This document shows, piece by piece, positions 40,926-50,201 of a stretch of 64,000 bases of DNA. The position numbers were made by a program, and so were the translations under genes. The notes beneath the pieces are model-generated. The model was not told where the DNA came from. It made no database searches and worked only from the letters and a program-made list of their open reading frames with translations. Location: assembly GCA_965242865.1 (NCBI GenBank), contig CBDETK010000013.1, forward strand, positions 3,648,001 through 3,712,000, read 5' to 3'. The stretch is from Candidatus Latescibacterota bacterium. GTDB lineage: Bacteria; Latescibacterota; UBA2968; UBA8231. How positions within the stretch are numbered: the stretch's first letter is position 1; the number at the start of each line of letters is the position of its first letter.

Positions 40926-42632
40926 ATGGAAGATAAGCGGACCCTGTTGGCCTTTCTCTTTATCGGCTTGATTTTCCTCTTGCTTCCCTATTATAATGAA
41001 TGGCTGGGGCTAAATCCTAAGCCTAAGGCTCCGCCTCAGACACCCGTGAAGCAAAAGCCGGTGCCTGAGCCTGTTGTTGAAGATCTGCCCAAGTCCGAGA
41101 GCATGCGAGACCCCGAGTCTGCTCAACAACTCCATTCGGAAGGGCTAGAACCGGTTAAGTCTCAGGTCATTGAAAGGGTTGAATCGGCCGAAAGTCCATC
41201 CTTTATCCCGGAAGAAATTGTAGTACAAACGCCGCTTCAGAGCTTTGTTCTCTCTACAAAGGGCGGTACTATTATATCATGTAAACTCTTAAAATACAGA
41301 TACGTAGATGGAAGCATTATCGAAATGCTGCCTCCCACTGGCGTCGGCTTGGGAATTCATCTGCAAAGCGCGAACTACAGGGAGGATATATCCTCGGCGG
41401 AGTTTGTTGCTAATCAGTTGAGTTTGCAGGTAGGACTAGGTGAAGAGCACTCCTTAATTATGATAGCCCAACTCGGTGGCGGTAAGAGATTGGAGAAGAT
41501 ATTGACCTTTAATGGTGACCGCTATGGATTCGATCTCCAAGTGCGCCACGAAGGATTTGACGATGATACCGAAGCCATACTCACTTGGGAAAACGGTATA
41601 GCGTTTACTGAGCGGGAGCCGGAAATAGACCTACCTGAAATGCGGGCTTTCGCCTATATAAATGAAGAACGGGTCGAACTCAAGGTAGATGATGGGGAAT
41701 CGGACGAGTTGGAGGACAAAGGACTGCTAAAATGGGCGGGTATTCGCAACAAGTACTTTTTGATTTCCTGCGTCCCGGCTGATAGAGAGCAGCGTTCTCG
41801 CGTCGTCCTACGGGGCAATCACCAAGGGTCGAATTTGCTGCCTGGATATTCTTTTCAGATAGGTCGGCGGCTCGAACGGGAAACTTCTTGGAACAACACT
41901 ATTTATCTGGGCCCACTCAACTACGACGAGCTCATCGGCTATGAGGCCGAACTAGAGCAGGCCATTGATTTCGGATGGCCGATCGTAAGCCAGATAAGCC
42001 GATTTCTACTTATTTTATTTATAGCTACCTACCAATATGTTCCTAACTATGGCTGGATCATCGTCCTTTTCGCTGTTGTTATCAAAATTATCGTCTATCC
42101 GCTTACGCACAAAACGTACGAGTCTGCGGCGAAAATGCAGGAGATTCAGCCGAAAATTGCGGCACTACGCGATAAGTACAAAAACGACAATCAACGCCTA
42201 AGCCGCGAAACAATGAAGCTCTACAAGGAAGAAGGCGTCAATCCTCTTGGGGGGTGTCTGCCTCTCTTGTTGCAGATGCCTATTTTTATTTCGCTCTACA
42301 ATCTTTTTGGCAAAACAATTGAGTTGCGCCAAGCCCCCTTTACTCTTTGGATACAAGATCTATCCCTTCCAGATGAGTTACTAATCGGCGGTTTGGGGCT
42401 TCATGTTTTGCCATTACTAATGGCTGCCTCCATGCTCGTCCAACAGAAGATGACCATGAAGGATCCCAAACAGGCCGTTCTGGTTTACATGATGCCAGTA
42501 CTGATGATCTTTATTTTTTGGAGCATGTCGTCGGGATTAGTGCTATACTGGACTACCTTCAATGTCCTGACCATTGGCCAGCAGCTATTGGTCAATCATT
42601 TTAAGAAAAAAGCCGCTCCTTCCAGCCCTTAA
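40926..42632 (+). CDS. yidC: Membrane protein insertase YidC
   Basis: NYGWIIV, LYKEEGVNPLGGCLPLLLQMPIF, WIQDLSLPD, SGLVLYW. Confidence 0.96.
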   Translation: MEDKRTLLAFLFIGLIFLLLPYYNEWLGLNPKPKAPPQTPVKQKPVPEPVVEDLPKSESMRDPESAQQLHSEGLEPVKSQVIERVESAESPSFIPEEIVVQTPLQSFVLSTKGGTIISCKLLKYRYVDGSIIEMLPPTGVGLGIHLQSANYREDISSAEFVANQLSLQVGLGEEHSLIMIAQLGGGKRLEKILTFNGDRYGFDLQVRHEGFDDDTEAILTWENGIAFTEREPEIDLPEMRAFAYINEERVELKVDDGESDELEDKGLLKWAGIRNKYFLISCVPADREQRSRVVLRGNHQGSNLLPGYSFQIGRRLERETSWNNTIYLGPLNYDELIGYEAELEQAIDFGWPIVSQISRFLLILFIATYQYVPNYGWIIVLFAVVIKIIVYPLTHKTYESAAKMQEIQPKIAALRDKYKNDNQRLSRETMKLYKEEGVNPLGGCLPLLLQMPIFISLYNLFGKTIELRQAPFTLWIQDLSLPDELLIGGLGLHVLPLLMAASMLVQQKMTMKDPKQAVLVYMMPVLMIFIFWSMSSGLVLYWTTFNVLTIGQQLLVNHFKKKAAPSSP

Positions 42633-42655
42633 AGTTTTAGCCGGATCTCAATTCC

Positions 42656-44017
42656 TTGATACAGCCGGATACTGTTGTTGCTATCTCTACGCCACGAGGG
42701 GAGGGAGGAATCGGGATAGTGCGTTTGAGTGGGCCAGCAGCCTTATCTATTGGCCAGCAGATTTTTCGGTCCCGTTCACCGCTCGGTGAGCGGGTCCGAT
42801 ACGTCGAGTACGGGCGTGTATGGGCTGGTGGTCGAGCAATCGACACCGGCGTCGCTTGGTGCTTTGCTGCTCCTCACTCTTATACTGGTGAAGATACCGT
42901 CGAGATTAGCTGCCACGGCAGCATGGTCGTATTAGAGTCAATCGTCGAGGAAGCACTTCGCTTGGGTGCTGTCGCCGCTGGCCCGGGAGAGTTTACTCGT
43001 CGAGCGTTTCTCAATGGACGGTTGGATTTATTAGAAGCTGAGGCTGTAATTGACCTCATTCAGGCCAGTTCTAAAGCTCATCTCGATAATGCCTATGGCT
43101 TGGCTAGCGGTCGGCTATCCAAGATGGTAAAAGAGCTTAAGAGGCAGTTGGTTAAGATGCTATCACTGCTCGAGATAGGGCTCGATTTTTCCGACGAAGA
43201 CATAGATACTATTGGACACCAAGAAATAGAGGCCGCACTGAGTGAGGTCGTTGAGTCTTCTCGGCGGCTTGCCGAAACATTTGAGGGAACAAGGCGTCGC
43301 CAAGATGGATATTTAGTAGTACTCATCGGGCGTCCCAACGTAGGTAAATCTACATTGCTCAACGTTTTGCTCGGCGAAGATCGGGCAATAGTCACCCCCT
43401 TACCGGGAACGACGCGGGATTTAGTAGAAGGTCGGACTACATGGGCAGGAGAGACGGTCCGGCTAGTCGATACGGCTGGGATTAGGCAAAGCTATAACCC
43501 GATCGAGAAGGAGGGGATTGAACGGGCGTCGCAAGCGGCGAGGGAAGCTGATGTGGTTTTAGCGGTATTCGACAGCTCAACCGAGTGGTGTGAGGACGAT
43601 ATAGCCGTGTTGGACCTACTCCCGCCCGATAAGAAGTCGATAGCTGTCCTCAACAAGATTGATTTGACAGGTGCTATTGCTCGATCTAAGATCGGAGCAC
43701 GGACTTCGGTATCCGTTGAAATATCAGCACTTAGGGAGTTCGGTATTGAAAAATTAAAGAAGGAAGCGATGGCCCAACTGCCCCATAGGGCGGAAATAGA
43801 TGGAATCGGGATTACCCGTCAACGACACCAAGACTGCTTTTTACGGGTAGCTAAATCCGGTGCTGTCGCAGAAGATTTGCTGAGATCAAACCAGCTAGCT
43901 GAGTGCATTATAGCTGAACTTCAAGACGCCTTGAATGCTCTAGGTGAGATGCTGGGAGAGACAGTAGAGGAGGAAGTGCTTGATTCTATCTTCTCCCAAT
44001 TTTGCATCGGCAAGTAA
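42656..44017 (+). CDS. mnmE: tRNA modification GTPase MnmE
   Basis: DTVVAISTP.GEGGIGIVRLSG, GRPNVGKS, GTTRD, DTAG, NKID, FCIGK. Confidence 0.96.
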   Translation: MIQPDTVVAISTPRGEGGIGIVRLSGPAALSIGQQIFRSRSPLGERVRYVEYGRVWAGGRAIDTGVAWCFAAPHSYTGEDTVEISCHGSMVVLESIVEEALRLGAVAAGPGEFTRRAFLNGRLDLLEAEAVIDLIQASSKAHLDNAYGLASGRLSKMVKELKRQLVKMLSLLEIGLDFSDEDIDTIGHQEIEAALSEVVESSRRLAETFEGTRRRQDGYLVVLIGRPNVGKSTLLNVLLGEDRAIVTPLPGTTRDLVEGRTTWAGETVRLVDTAGIRQSYNPIEKEGIERASQAAREADVVLAVFDSSTEWCEDDIAVLDLLPPDKKSIAVLNKIDLTGAIARSKIGARTSVSVEISALREFGIEKLKKEAMAQLPHRAEIDGIGITRQRHQDCFLRVAKSGAVAEDLLRSNQLAECIIAELQDALNALGEMLGETVEEEVLDSIFSQFCIGK

Positions 44018-44033
44018 TGTTCCACGTGGAACA
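44018..44033. promoter_or_regulatory. parS site 1
   Basis: Perfect palindrome TGTTCCACGTGGAACA matching the ParB/Spo0J parS consensus. Confidence 0.92.
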
Positions 44034-44067
44034 CTTGAGATTCTTGAAGCATTGATAAGATGTTCAA

Positions 44068-44083
44068 TGTTCCACGTGGAACA
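44068..44083. promoter_or_regulatory. parS site 2
   Basis: Second perfect TGTTCCACGTGGAACA, 50 bp downstream. Confidence 0.92.
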
Positions 44084-44098
44084 TGTAAATTTAATATG

Positions 44099-45077
44099 AC
44101 GTGAGTTCGGGTTAACCGGCCTCTGCTTGGCTGGGCCCGTTGGTTTTTAAGGTAGGTTTTTTGGGTTGGTGGGCATAGGCAATTAATCCGCTGATGAGAT
44201 GGACCATAAAATTGATTGGGCTTCGATGTCTGGTATGCTCAATCTGGGCGATATTGTTGAGTTGGTTGATGATGGTTTCGATGAGGGTTCGTTTATGTAG
44301 CAGGCGTTGGTCTGCGCGGGACAGGGGGTGCTTTTTCATGTTGGATCGGGGCTTGGTACTCAAGCGGAGGGCGCTCTGTGCGTTCAGTTGGTGGCCTAGC
44401 GTGCTGGAAATATACCCTCGGTCGGCGACCAACGTGCCAAACAGGTCGCGCACCAAGCCGACCACGGGTCGGCGATCATCGACGTTGCCGGGGGTCAGCC
44501 CCCAGTTGAGCACTTGGCCTTGATCATTACAGACCAGATGGAGCTTGAAGCCGAAAAACCACCCGGTCGAGCGTTTGCCCCATTGGGCAAGGCCGGCAAA
44601 CAGACGGTGCTGGTGCTGGCGCGCTGCCGCATAGACCTCCAACGGCGTGGAGTCGATAAACGAAATCCCCGTGCAGGAGCCTTGGCATGGACGCAGATAG
44701 ACGCCTAACGGAATAAGAGCCGAAGGCATTAACTCGACAAAACGCCCATAGCGGACTAACCCCGGAAACGCCCCGCGTAGAGGCCGACAGACCTGCTGCT
44801 GGTAGAACGCCTTGAACGTGCGATACTGAGACGGGTGAAACCAAATCAACAAGGTCATGATCTCGCTCAAACAAAGGGAACCCGCCCGCCGACGCTGACG
44901 CCGCCCCGCCGTGAACTGGGCGCGTAGCCACGAAGGCTCAAAACCTGGGCAAAAATCATCGACAGGGCAAAACAGTTCAACTCAATTCATCGGGAGGGCT
45001 CCCGGATGGCTAAGGGGTATAGGGCTATACCTAAGTTTAGCCAAAAAGGAGACCCTCACCTTAACCCGAACTCACGT
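44099..45077 (-). mobile_element. IS982-family element; transposase 44112-44990 has TGA at codon 3
   Basis: 17-bp TIR ACGTGAGTTCGGGTTAA / TTAACCCGAACTCACGT; 7-bp TSD TAATATG (44092-44098, 45078-45084); motifs LFC.VDDFC, FIDSTP, GWFFGFKLHL, ADRGYIS, IET. Confidence 0.93.
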
Positions 45078-45081
45078 TAAT

Positions 45082-45687
45082 ATGGTAATTCAACTGCCAC
45101 CTGAAATTCGTGAGGACCTTGAGCGGTTAAAGGACGAAAGGGTTCTATCTTGTTCTTTTGATGATGTCTGGCCTAAGCTAGAAATATATCTATATCTCTT
45201 GAGTCGGTGGTCGAGAAAATTCAACCTAATTTCTCGACGGGAGTTGTCCGTAGTAGCAACCAAGCATCTGAGACAGGCGTTGATTATGGCTCCAGTGATA
45301 TCAAGCATCCCTCGTCGGTTGATTATGGATATGGGATCAGGAGCTGGATTTCCGGCTATTCCATTGAAGATCGTTATTCCAGACTCATACTTTGTTTTCG
45401 TTGAAGTCAGGAGGAAGCGGGCGCACTTTCTCAAGGAGGTTGTACGAACTGTGGGACTTGATAGCATAGAGGTTGTAAACGACCGGATAGAGAATTTGAG
45501 GCCCATGGGAGCGGATTTAGTCACTGCGAGAGCGGTGGCTTCTCCAGAGAAGCTGCTTGAGTTGGTACAAAGACATTTGTCTCCTCATGGTTGGATTCTT
45601 TCAACGCTTGGAGAAGATGCTGTCCATTCAGGGTTGTTGGCGTGGAGGATAGATCGGGTGGGAAGTAGCTTGGGGCTATTCCACTAG
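45082..45687 (+). CDS. rsmG: 16S rRNA m7G527 methyltransferase
   Basis: W..KFNLIS, MDMGSGAGFPAIPL, VTARAVA; ATG lies within the right TSD. Confidence 0.88.
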   Translation: MVIQLPPEIREDLERLKDERVLSCSFDDVWPKLEIYLYLLSRWSRKFNLISRRELSVVATKHLRQALIMAPVISSIPRRLIMDMGSGAGFPAIPLKIVIPDSYFVFVEVRRKRAHFLKEVVRTVGLDSIEVVNDRIENLRPMGADLVTARAVASPEKLLELVQRHLSPHGWILSTLGEDAVHSGLLAWRIDRVGSSLGLFH

Positions 45688-45759
45688 TTGATAGCACCGA
45701 TAGCCTAGCAGGACCTTGCTAATTCCAAATAATCGGGGATTCCGAGTGTAGTTTTACCC

Positions 45760-45935
45760 AGACTTATCCACACTCAAGATTAAAAGAACAGCGAGATTTA
45801 GGCCCTTTGGGATACTTTATATGTCTAATTTTATCCAATAGATAGGCTATGATTTAGTGAGGTTATTGAGTAGAGTCGATAAGATATAATGTGGAAAACT
45901 TGCCCAAGAAAGTGGAAAACTCTATGGAAAATCCT
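45760..45935. promoter_or_regulatory. Second DnaA-box cluster in AT-rich intergenic DNA
   Basis: TTATCCACA 45764-45772, TTATCCAAT 45831, TGTGGAAAA 45890-45898, AGTGGAAAA 45911, TATGGAAAA 45923. Confidence 0.6.
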
Positions 45936-46025
45936 TTGGAAGAAAAGGAAAAAACAAGTATATTTTTAATGATGCCCGATGGCGCGGTCTTCAATGCAAT
46001 GGCCTCTCAATACCTATAAAACAGG

Positions 46026-46649
46026 TTGTTTTTGCTAGATAAATATCTAAAAAAGTGGTGTTTGAGCGTCCTTAGACCGTTGGCGCATTTGTTTATTCGC
46101 TTGGGCTTCAGGCCCGATTGGCTAACTCTGATGGGATTAGTTATGAACGTAGGGGCAACTGCGGCTTTTGCTAAGGGTTACTTACAATGGGGGGCTCTCA
46201 TTATGATGGTTGCGGGTCTCTGCGACATCTTGGATGGACAAGTTGCAAGAGAAGGCCATAAGGAGACCAAGTTCGGAGCCTTATTGGATTCGACTACAGA
46301 CCGCTACTCTGAGATATTTATTTATTTTGGAATCGGTGCGTATTTGATCGGCCGCGACGAGTGGATTTCTTCGGGGATCCTCTTTTTTGCAATTACTGGT
46401 TCGCTGATGGTTAGTTATGTAAGGGCTCGTGCAGAGGGGCTGGGCGAGGACTGTAAGGTGGGCTTCATGCAGCGTCCTGAACGTCTAATCGCCTTGGCCT
46501 TAGGGAGCTTGGTGGGCCATCAGGGCTTGGTTTTTGTGCTGGTTTTACTGGCCGTTACGACCAACTATACGGTTGTTGAGCGCCTCGCTCACATTCGCAA
46601 CAGGTTGAAATCCGGTCCCAACTCACCCGCCTCAGTCCAGCAGTCCTGA
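46026..46649 (+). CDS. CDP-alcohol phosphatidyltransferase
   Basis: DILDGQVAR...FGALLDSTTDR, SYVRARAE. Confidence 0.9.
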   Translation: MFLLDKYLKKWCLSVLRPLAHLFIRLGFRPDWLTLMGLVMNVGATAAFAKGYLQWGALIMMVAGLCDILDGQVAREGHKETKFGALLDSTTDRYSEIFIYFGIGAYLIGRDEWISSGILFFAITGSLMVSYVRARAEGLGEDCKVGFMQRPERLIALALGSLVGHQGLVFVLVLLAVTTNYTVVERLAHIRNRLKSGPNSPASVQQS

Positions 46650-46688
46650 CAAGGGCTAATCGGGCTTTCTTGCGCTTCTCCTGCCATC

Positions 46689-47378
46689 GTGTCCCGGGGT
46701 CATTTCATCGTTTTTGAAGGAGTTGATGGCAGTGGAACTACAACCCAATCCCATATACTGGCGTCGTACTTAAGAGAAGCGAATTTTCCGGTTGTACTTA
46801 CCAGAGAACCAGGAGGGACGCCGATTGGAGAGCGGGTCCGCCGGCTTGTTCTCGACCCAATCGACCCAAAACAGGAGGCTATCTCCCCTCTGGCGGAGCT
46901 TTTCCTCTATGGAGCTGATCGGGCACAGCACGTAAAAGAGGTGATCCAACCGGCACTAGAGAAGGGAAAGGTAGTTATTTGTGATCGCTACATCGCATCA
47001 TCGTTAGCGTACCAAGGTTATGGACGCCGCTTAAATCTAAAAATGGTTGAGCAAGTCAATAATCTGGCAATAGGGAAATGCTTGCCGGAATCGACAGTAT
47101 ATTTGGACATACCCGTAGAAGTGGCTTGGGCACGAATAAGTCGCCAGTGGAATTTATTCTGCCAAGGGGATTCACTCTCTCCTCGCGCCGAGGATCGCTT
47201 GGAGGAAGTTGGTGGAGAGAAACTGCAAAGAAAAGTCGCCCAGGGCTACAAAAAGATCGCCGAGAGAGACGAGAGTGCCTTAGTTATTGACGCACGGCTC
47301 GGAATAGATCAACTGGCCGCAGAGATTCGGAACGCGCTACGCGAGCGGTCGCCTTGGTTTCCAGAGGAGAAAAAGTAA
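46689..47378 (+). CDS. tmk: Thymidylate kinase
   Basis: FIVFEGVDGSGTTT, TREPGGT, ADRAQH, CDRY..SSLAYQG. Confidence 0.93.
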   Translation: MSRGHFIVFEGVDGSGTTTQSHILASYLREANFPVVLTREPGGTPIGERVRRLVLDPIDPKQEAISPLAELFLYGADRAQHVKEVIQPALEKGKVVICDRYIASSLAYQGYGRRLNLKMVEQVNNLAIGKCLPESTVYLDIPVEVAWARISRQWNLFCQGDSLSPRAEDRLEEVGGEKLQRKVAQGYKKIAERDESALVIDARLGIDQLAAEIRNALRERSPWFPEEKK

Positions 47379-47380
47379 TC

Positions 47381-49231
47381 ATGCGACACATCCTAGTGGG
47401 CTTGATTTTTTTAGTTGTAAGTGGAGGCGTAATCCGCGCCGCGACTACGGAAGATCCGTATGCTGAGGTAAATGCCAGTTGGGAGCGTTTTGGGGCCGTG
47501 TATTCGCGCATTCTGGAAAACTATTACGCCCATCTGGACCAAGAGGAAGTGATGAGCGCAGCCATCAAGGGCATGCTCGGCCAGCTTGATACATATAGCG
47601 AGTTCTACGACGAGGAAGGTTTGCGCCAGTTGCGCCAAGACACGACCGGCAAGTTCGCGGGATTGGGGATTACGGTTGCAATAAAAGATCGTTTTCCCGT
47701 TGTAATTGCCCCTATCGAGGATACTCCCGCCTTTCGGGCGGGGCTGAGACCGGGCGACTTGATCGTCGCTGTTGAGGGCAAAAGTACCTTGGATATGCAG
47801 CTTGAGTCGGTCGTCAATGCGCTGCGCGGGGACCCTGGAACAAAGGTTGCAATCTCGGTCGCCACTCACTTGGGGGCACCGCCGCGCGAAGTTGAAATTC
47901 AAAGGGAAGTTATCAGGATCAAGAGCGTTGTGCTGGTAGAGGAGCTCAAAGGCAAAATCGGTTATGTAAGTATGCGTCGAACTCGTTTTTCCGAGCATAC
48001 CTCCAGTGAAGTAGAAGAGGCGGTAAAAAGCCTCCCACGGGTTGAAGGGCTAATTCTAGATCTGCGAGGAAACCCAGGGGGCTTGTTTAGTCAAGCTACC
48101 CAAGTTGCGGATTTGTTTTTGCCTCAAGGGGTGCCGATCGTTTCGATTAAGGAACGCGAAGGGGGGAGAGAAGAAGTCAAGTATTCCCGCCGTCAGTCTA
48201 TTGCACGAGACATACCTTTGGTAGTTCTGATTGACGAGGGCAGTGCCAGCGCGTCCGAAATCGTTGCTGGAGCTATCCAAGACAATGATCGAGGAGTGAT
48301 TGTCGGAGCGGCATCCTTTGGCAAAGGTTCGGTGCAGACCATATTCGACCTACGCGAGGAGGCGTCTAGTGCTTTGAAGCTGACGACGGCACTCTACTAC
48401 GCGCCAAGCGGGCGTAGTATCCACCGCGAACAGGATATAGCTAGGCCTGTGCATCGAGTTCTGTTCGGCGATAGGGAACTGCCGCATCAGTTAGTGATGG
48501 ACCTTATTTTGCGGTCAGATAATAGGATTAAGGCCCTTTCTGCACTCCAATCTCATTTTGATATGAATTCTGAGTCCGCAGAGAGCATTCTCTTGCTCCG
48601 TTTGGGCGATTTAGTGGGTCGATTCAAGATGGGGGAGGCCGGGTTGTTGGATAGTATTTCAAACCGAACTTATTATACTCAGCGAGGTCGCAAGGTCTTC
48701 GGCGGCGGCGGTATTAAGCCCGATATTAGTGTTGAGCAAGAACCATTCCCTCCCTACATACAAAAGTTAGAGCGTCGCCGGCTCTTCTTTGACTTTGTCA
48801 TAGATTATGTATCAACCGACTCGTCTTGGGCACAGGAACACCCAAGCTTGACCGTCAGCGATGAGATGCTTAAGGGTTTCATAGAGTTCGTCCGCACTAA
48901 AGACAGAAGTCTGGATCAAGGCCAAGAAGGGTTGAGCCAAATAGAAGAACTCGAGGACTTGGCCGAGGAAATGGATTGGGGTGAGGCTGCACAGGAGTTA
49001 GTCCATCAGCTAAGGGCAGCGGTGGAGCAGGAGTGGGAGCGGCGGTATAGCAGCAAGTTAGAACCTTACATAAAGAATGCTCTACGTCGAGAGCTAGTTT
49101 TGCGTTTCAGAGGAAGAAAGGCCCAACTTCTTGAAGAATTGCAGGAGGATATACAGCTAGCGAAGGCGATAGAAGTGCTGGGAGACCAAGACCAATATTT
49201 GGGGGTATTGGCCGCAGAAAAAGCGAAGTGA
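47381..49231 (+). CDS. ctpA: S41A carboxy-terminal processing protease (PDZ + peptidase)
   Basis: GLGI PDZ, LILDLRGNPGG, SASASEIVAGAIQD, SFGKGSVQ, GGGIKPD. Confidence 0.9.
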   Translation: MRHILVGLIFLVVSGGVIRAATTEDPYAEVNASWERFGAVYSRILENYYAHLDQEEVMSAAIKGMLGQLDTYSEFYDEEGLRQLRQDTTGKFAGLGITVAIKDRFPVVIAPIEDTPAFRAGLRPGDLIVAVEGKSTLDMQLESVVNALRGDPGTKVAISVATHLGAPPREVEIQREVIRIKSVVLVEELKGKIGYVSMRRTRFSEHTSSEVEEAVKSLPRVEGLILDLRGNPGGLFSQATQVADLFLPQGVPIVSIKEREGGREEVKYSRRQSIARDIPLVVLIDEGSASASEIVAGAIQDNDRGVIVGAASFGKGSVQTIFDLREEASSALKLTTALYYAPSGRSIHREQDIARPVHRVLFGDRELPHQLVMDLILRSDNRIKALSALQSHFDMNSESAESILLLRLGDLVGRFKMGEAGLLDSISNRTYYTQRGRKVFGGGGIKPDISVEQEPFPPYIQKLERRRLFFDFVIDYVSTDSSWAQEHPSLTVSDEMLKGFIEFVRTKDRSLDQGQEGLSQIEELEDLAEEMDWGEAAQELVHQLRAAVEQEWERRYSSKLEPYIKNALRRELVLRFRGRKAQLLEELQEDIQLAKAIEVLGDQDQYLGVLAAEKAK

Positions 49232-49289
49232 ACGGCGGGCGGTAAGCGGGGCTTTGTAATCGTCTGTACTCTGTATCATTTTATGACTA

Positions 49290-50180
49290 CTAACCAATGG
49301 TGCTAGTGTTTTATAATCCGAACTCGGCGATAGACAACGGGACGAATCCGTTTTCATCGGGTTGGAATCCATGCCACTGCACCAGCCGGTTGAAGGCGGC
49401 CATGGCAAAGCTCAGATGGGCGGTACAATACGCCCAAGCCCGATGGGTCTGCTGCTTAAAGCGGCGATTCGGGTGAGCATGGAAAAGACCGTCTCAATGA
49501 GCATCCGCTCGTTCCACGTGTTCCGAGGACAGACTTTCAGATTGGCCGGATCGCCGGCTTGGGCATGACAAGCCTGGGTCGCTGAGCAGGATCATCTTCT
49601 GTTGGAAGCGTCGGATCATGGGATGAAAGACCGAATCGTGGACTTATGCCGTATTCCAATCCCAATCAACGATCCGCCCCCACTGATTGACGATAACGCA
49701 GAGCTTACCGCCGACGATCCAGCGGTGATCGGAGAGCCCTTTCTTCCCGATGGAGTGCCGCGCACGGCCTTGACGCACCGGATGGATCAACTCGATGCCA
49801 TAGCGGTCGACCACCCCCAACGTCGTCGGCTCCGCTCGGAAGCGGTCGGTCCAATCGTCATGGGTGGCGAAGAGGCGGAACAAGCGGGGGCGCGACGGCA
49901 GGCGCGGGAACCAAGCCTGCCAGTCCCGCACCCGCCAGTGGTAAAACGCCCGTTTACCCCCGCCTTTGAGCGCATACAACATCCCTAAGGTGACCACCTC
50001 ACTGGGGTATAGGGACGCTTGCGGGTGTTTGGGCACGTCAAGCATCTGATTGTCAATGCGGTAGAACAGGGCTATTATAAACTCGGCCGTGGTCATCAGG
50101 ACGCTCCGTGGCTGAAAGGGTGGATACTCTCAGCGTAGGAACTACCATGACCACGGTCAATATACTAGCACCATTGGTTA
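49290..50180 (-). mobile_element. IS element copy 2 (same element as 9191-10083, inverted), degenerate transposase
   Basis: Same TIRs; CTA duplication at 49287-49289 and 50181-50183; ORF 49644-50096 stops at the same NTA* codon and has further indels downstream. Confidence 0.87.
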
Positions 50181-50201
50181 CTAAGCGTGAGGGGGAGGAT
50201 C

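Noticed and set aside
44018-44083. Two palindromic repeats 50 bp apart as a mini-CRISPR
   Set aside because: Exact 16-bp parS consensus near oriC explains them.
44911-45081. N-terminal extension of RsmG
   Set aside because: Read-through from IS982 sequence; the true start is ATG 45082.
49511-49524. GTTCCACGTGTTCC as a third parS
   Set aside because: Only a half-site, and it lies inside IS coding sequence.
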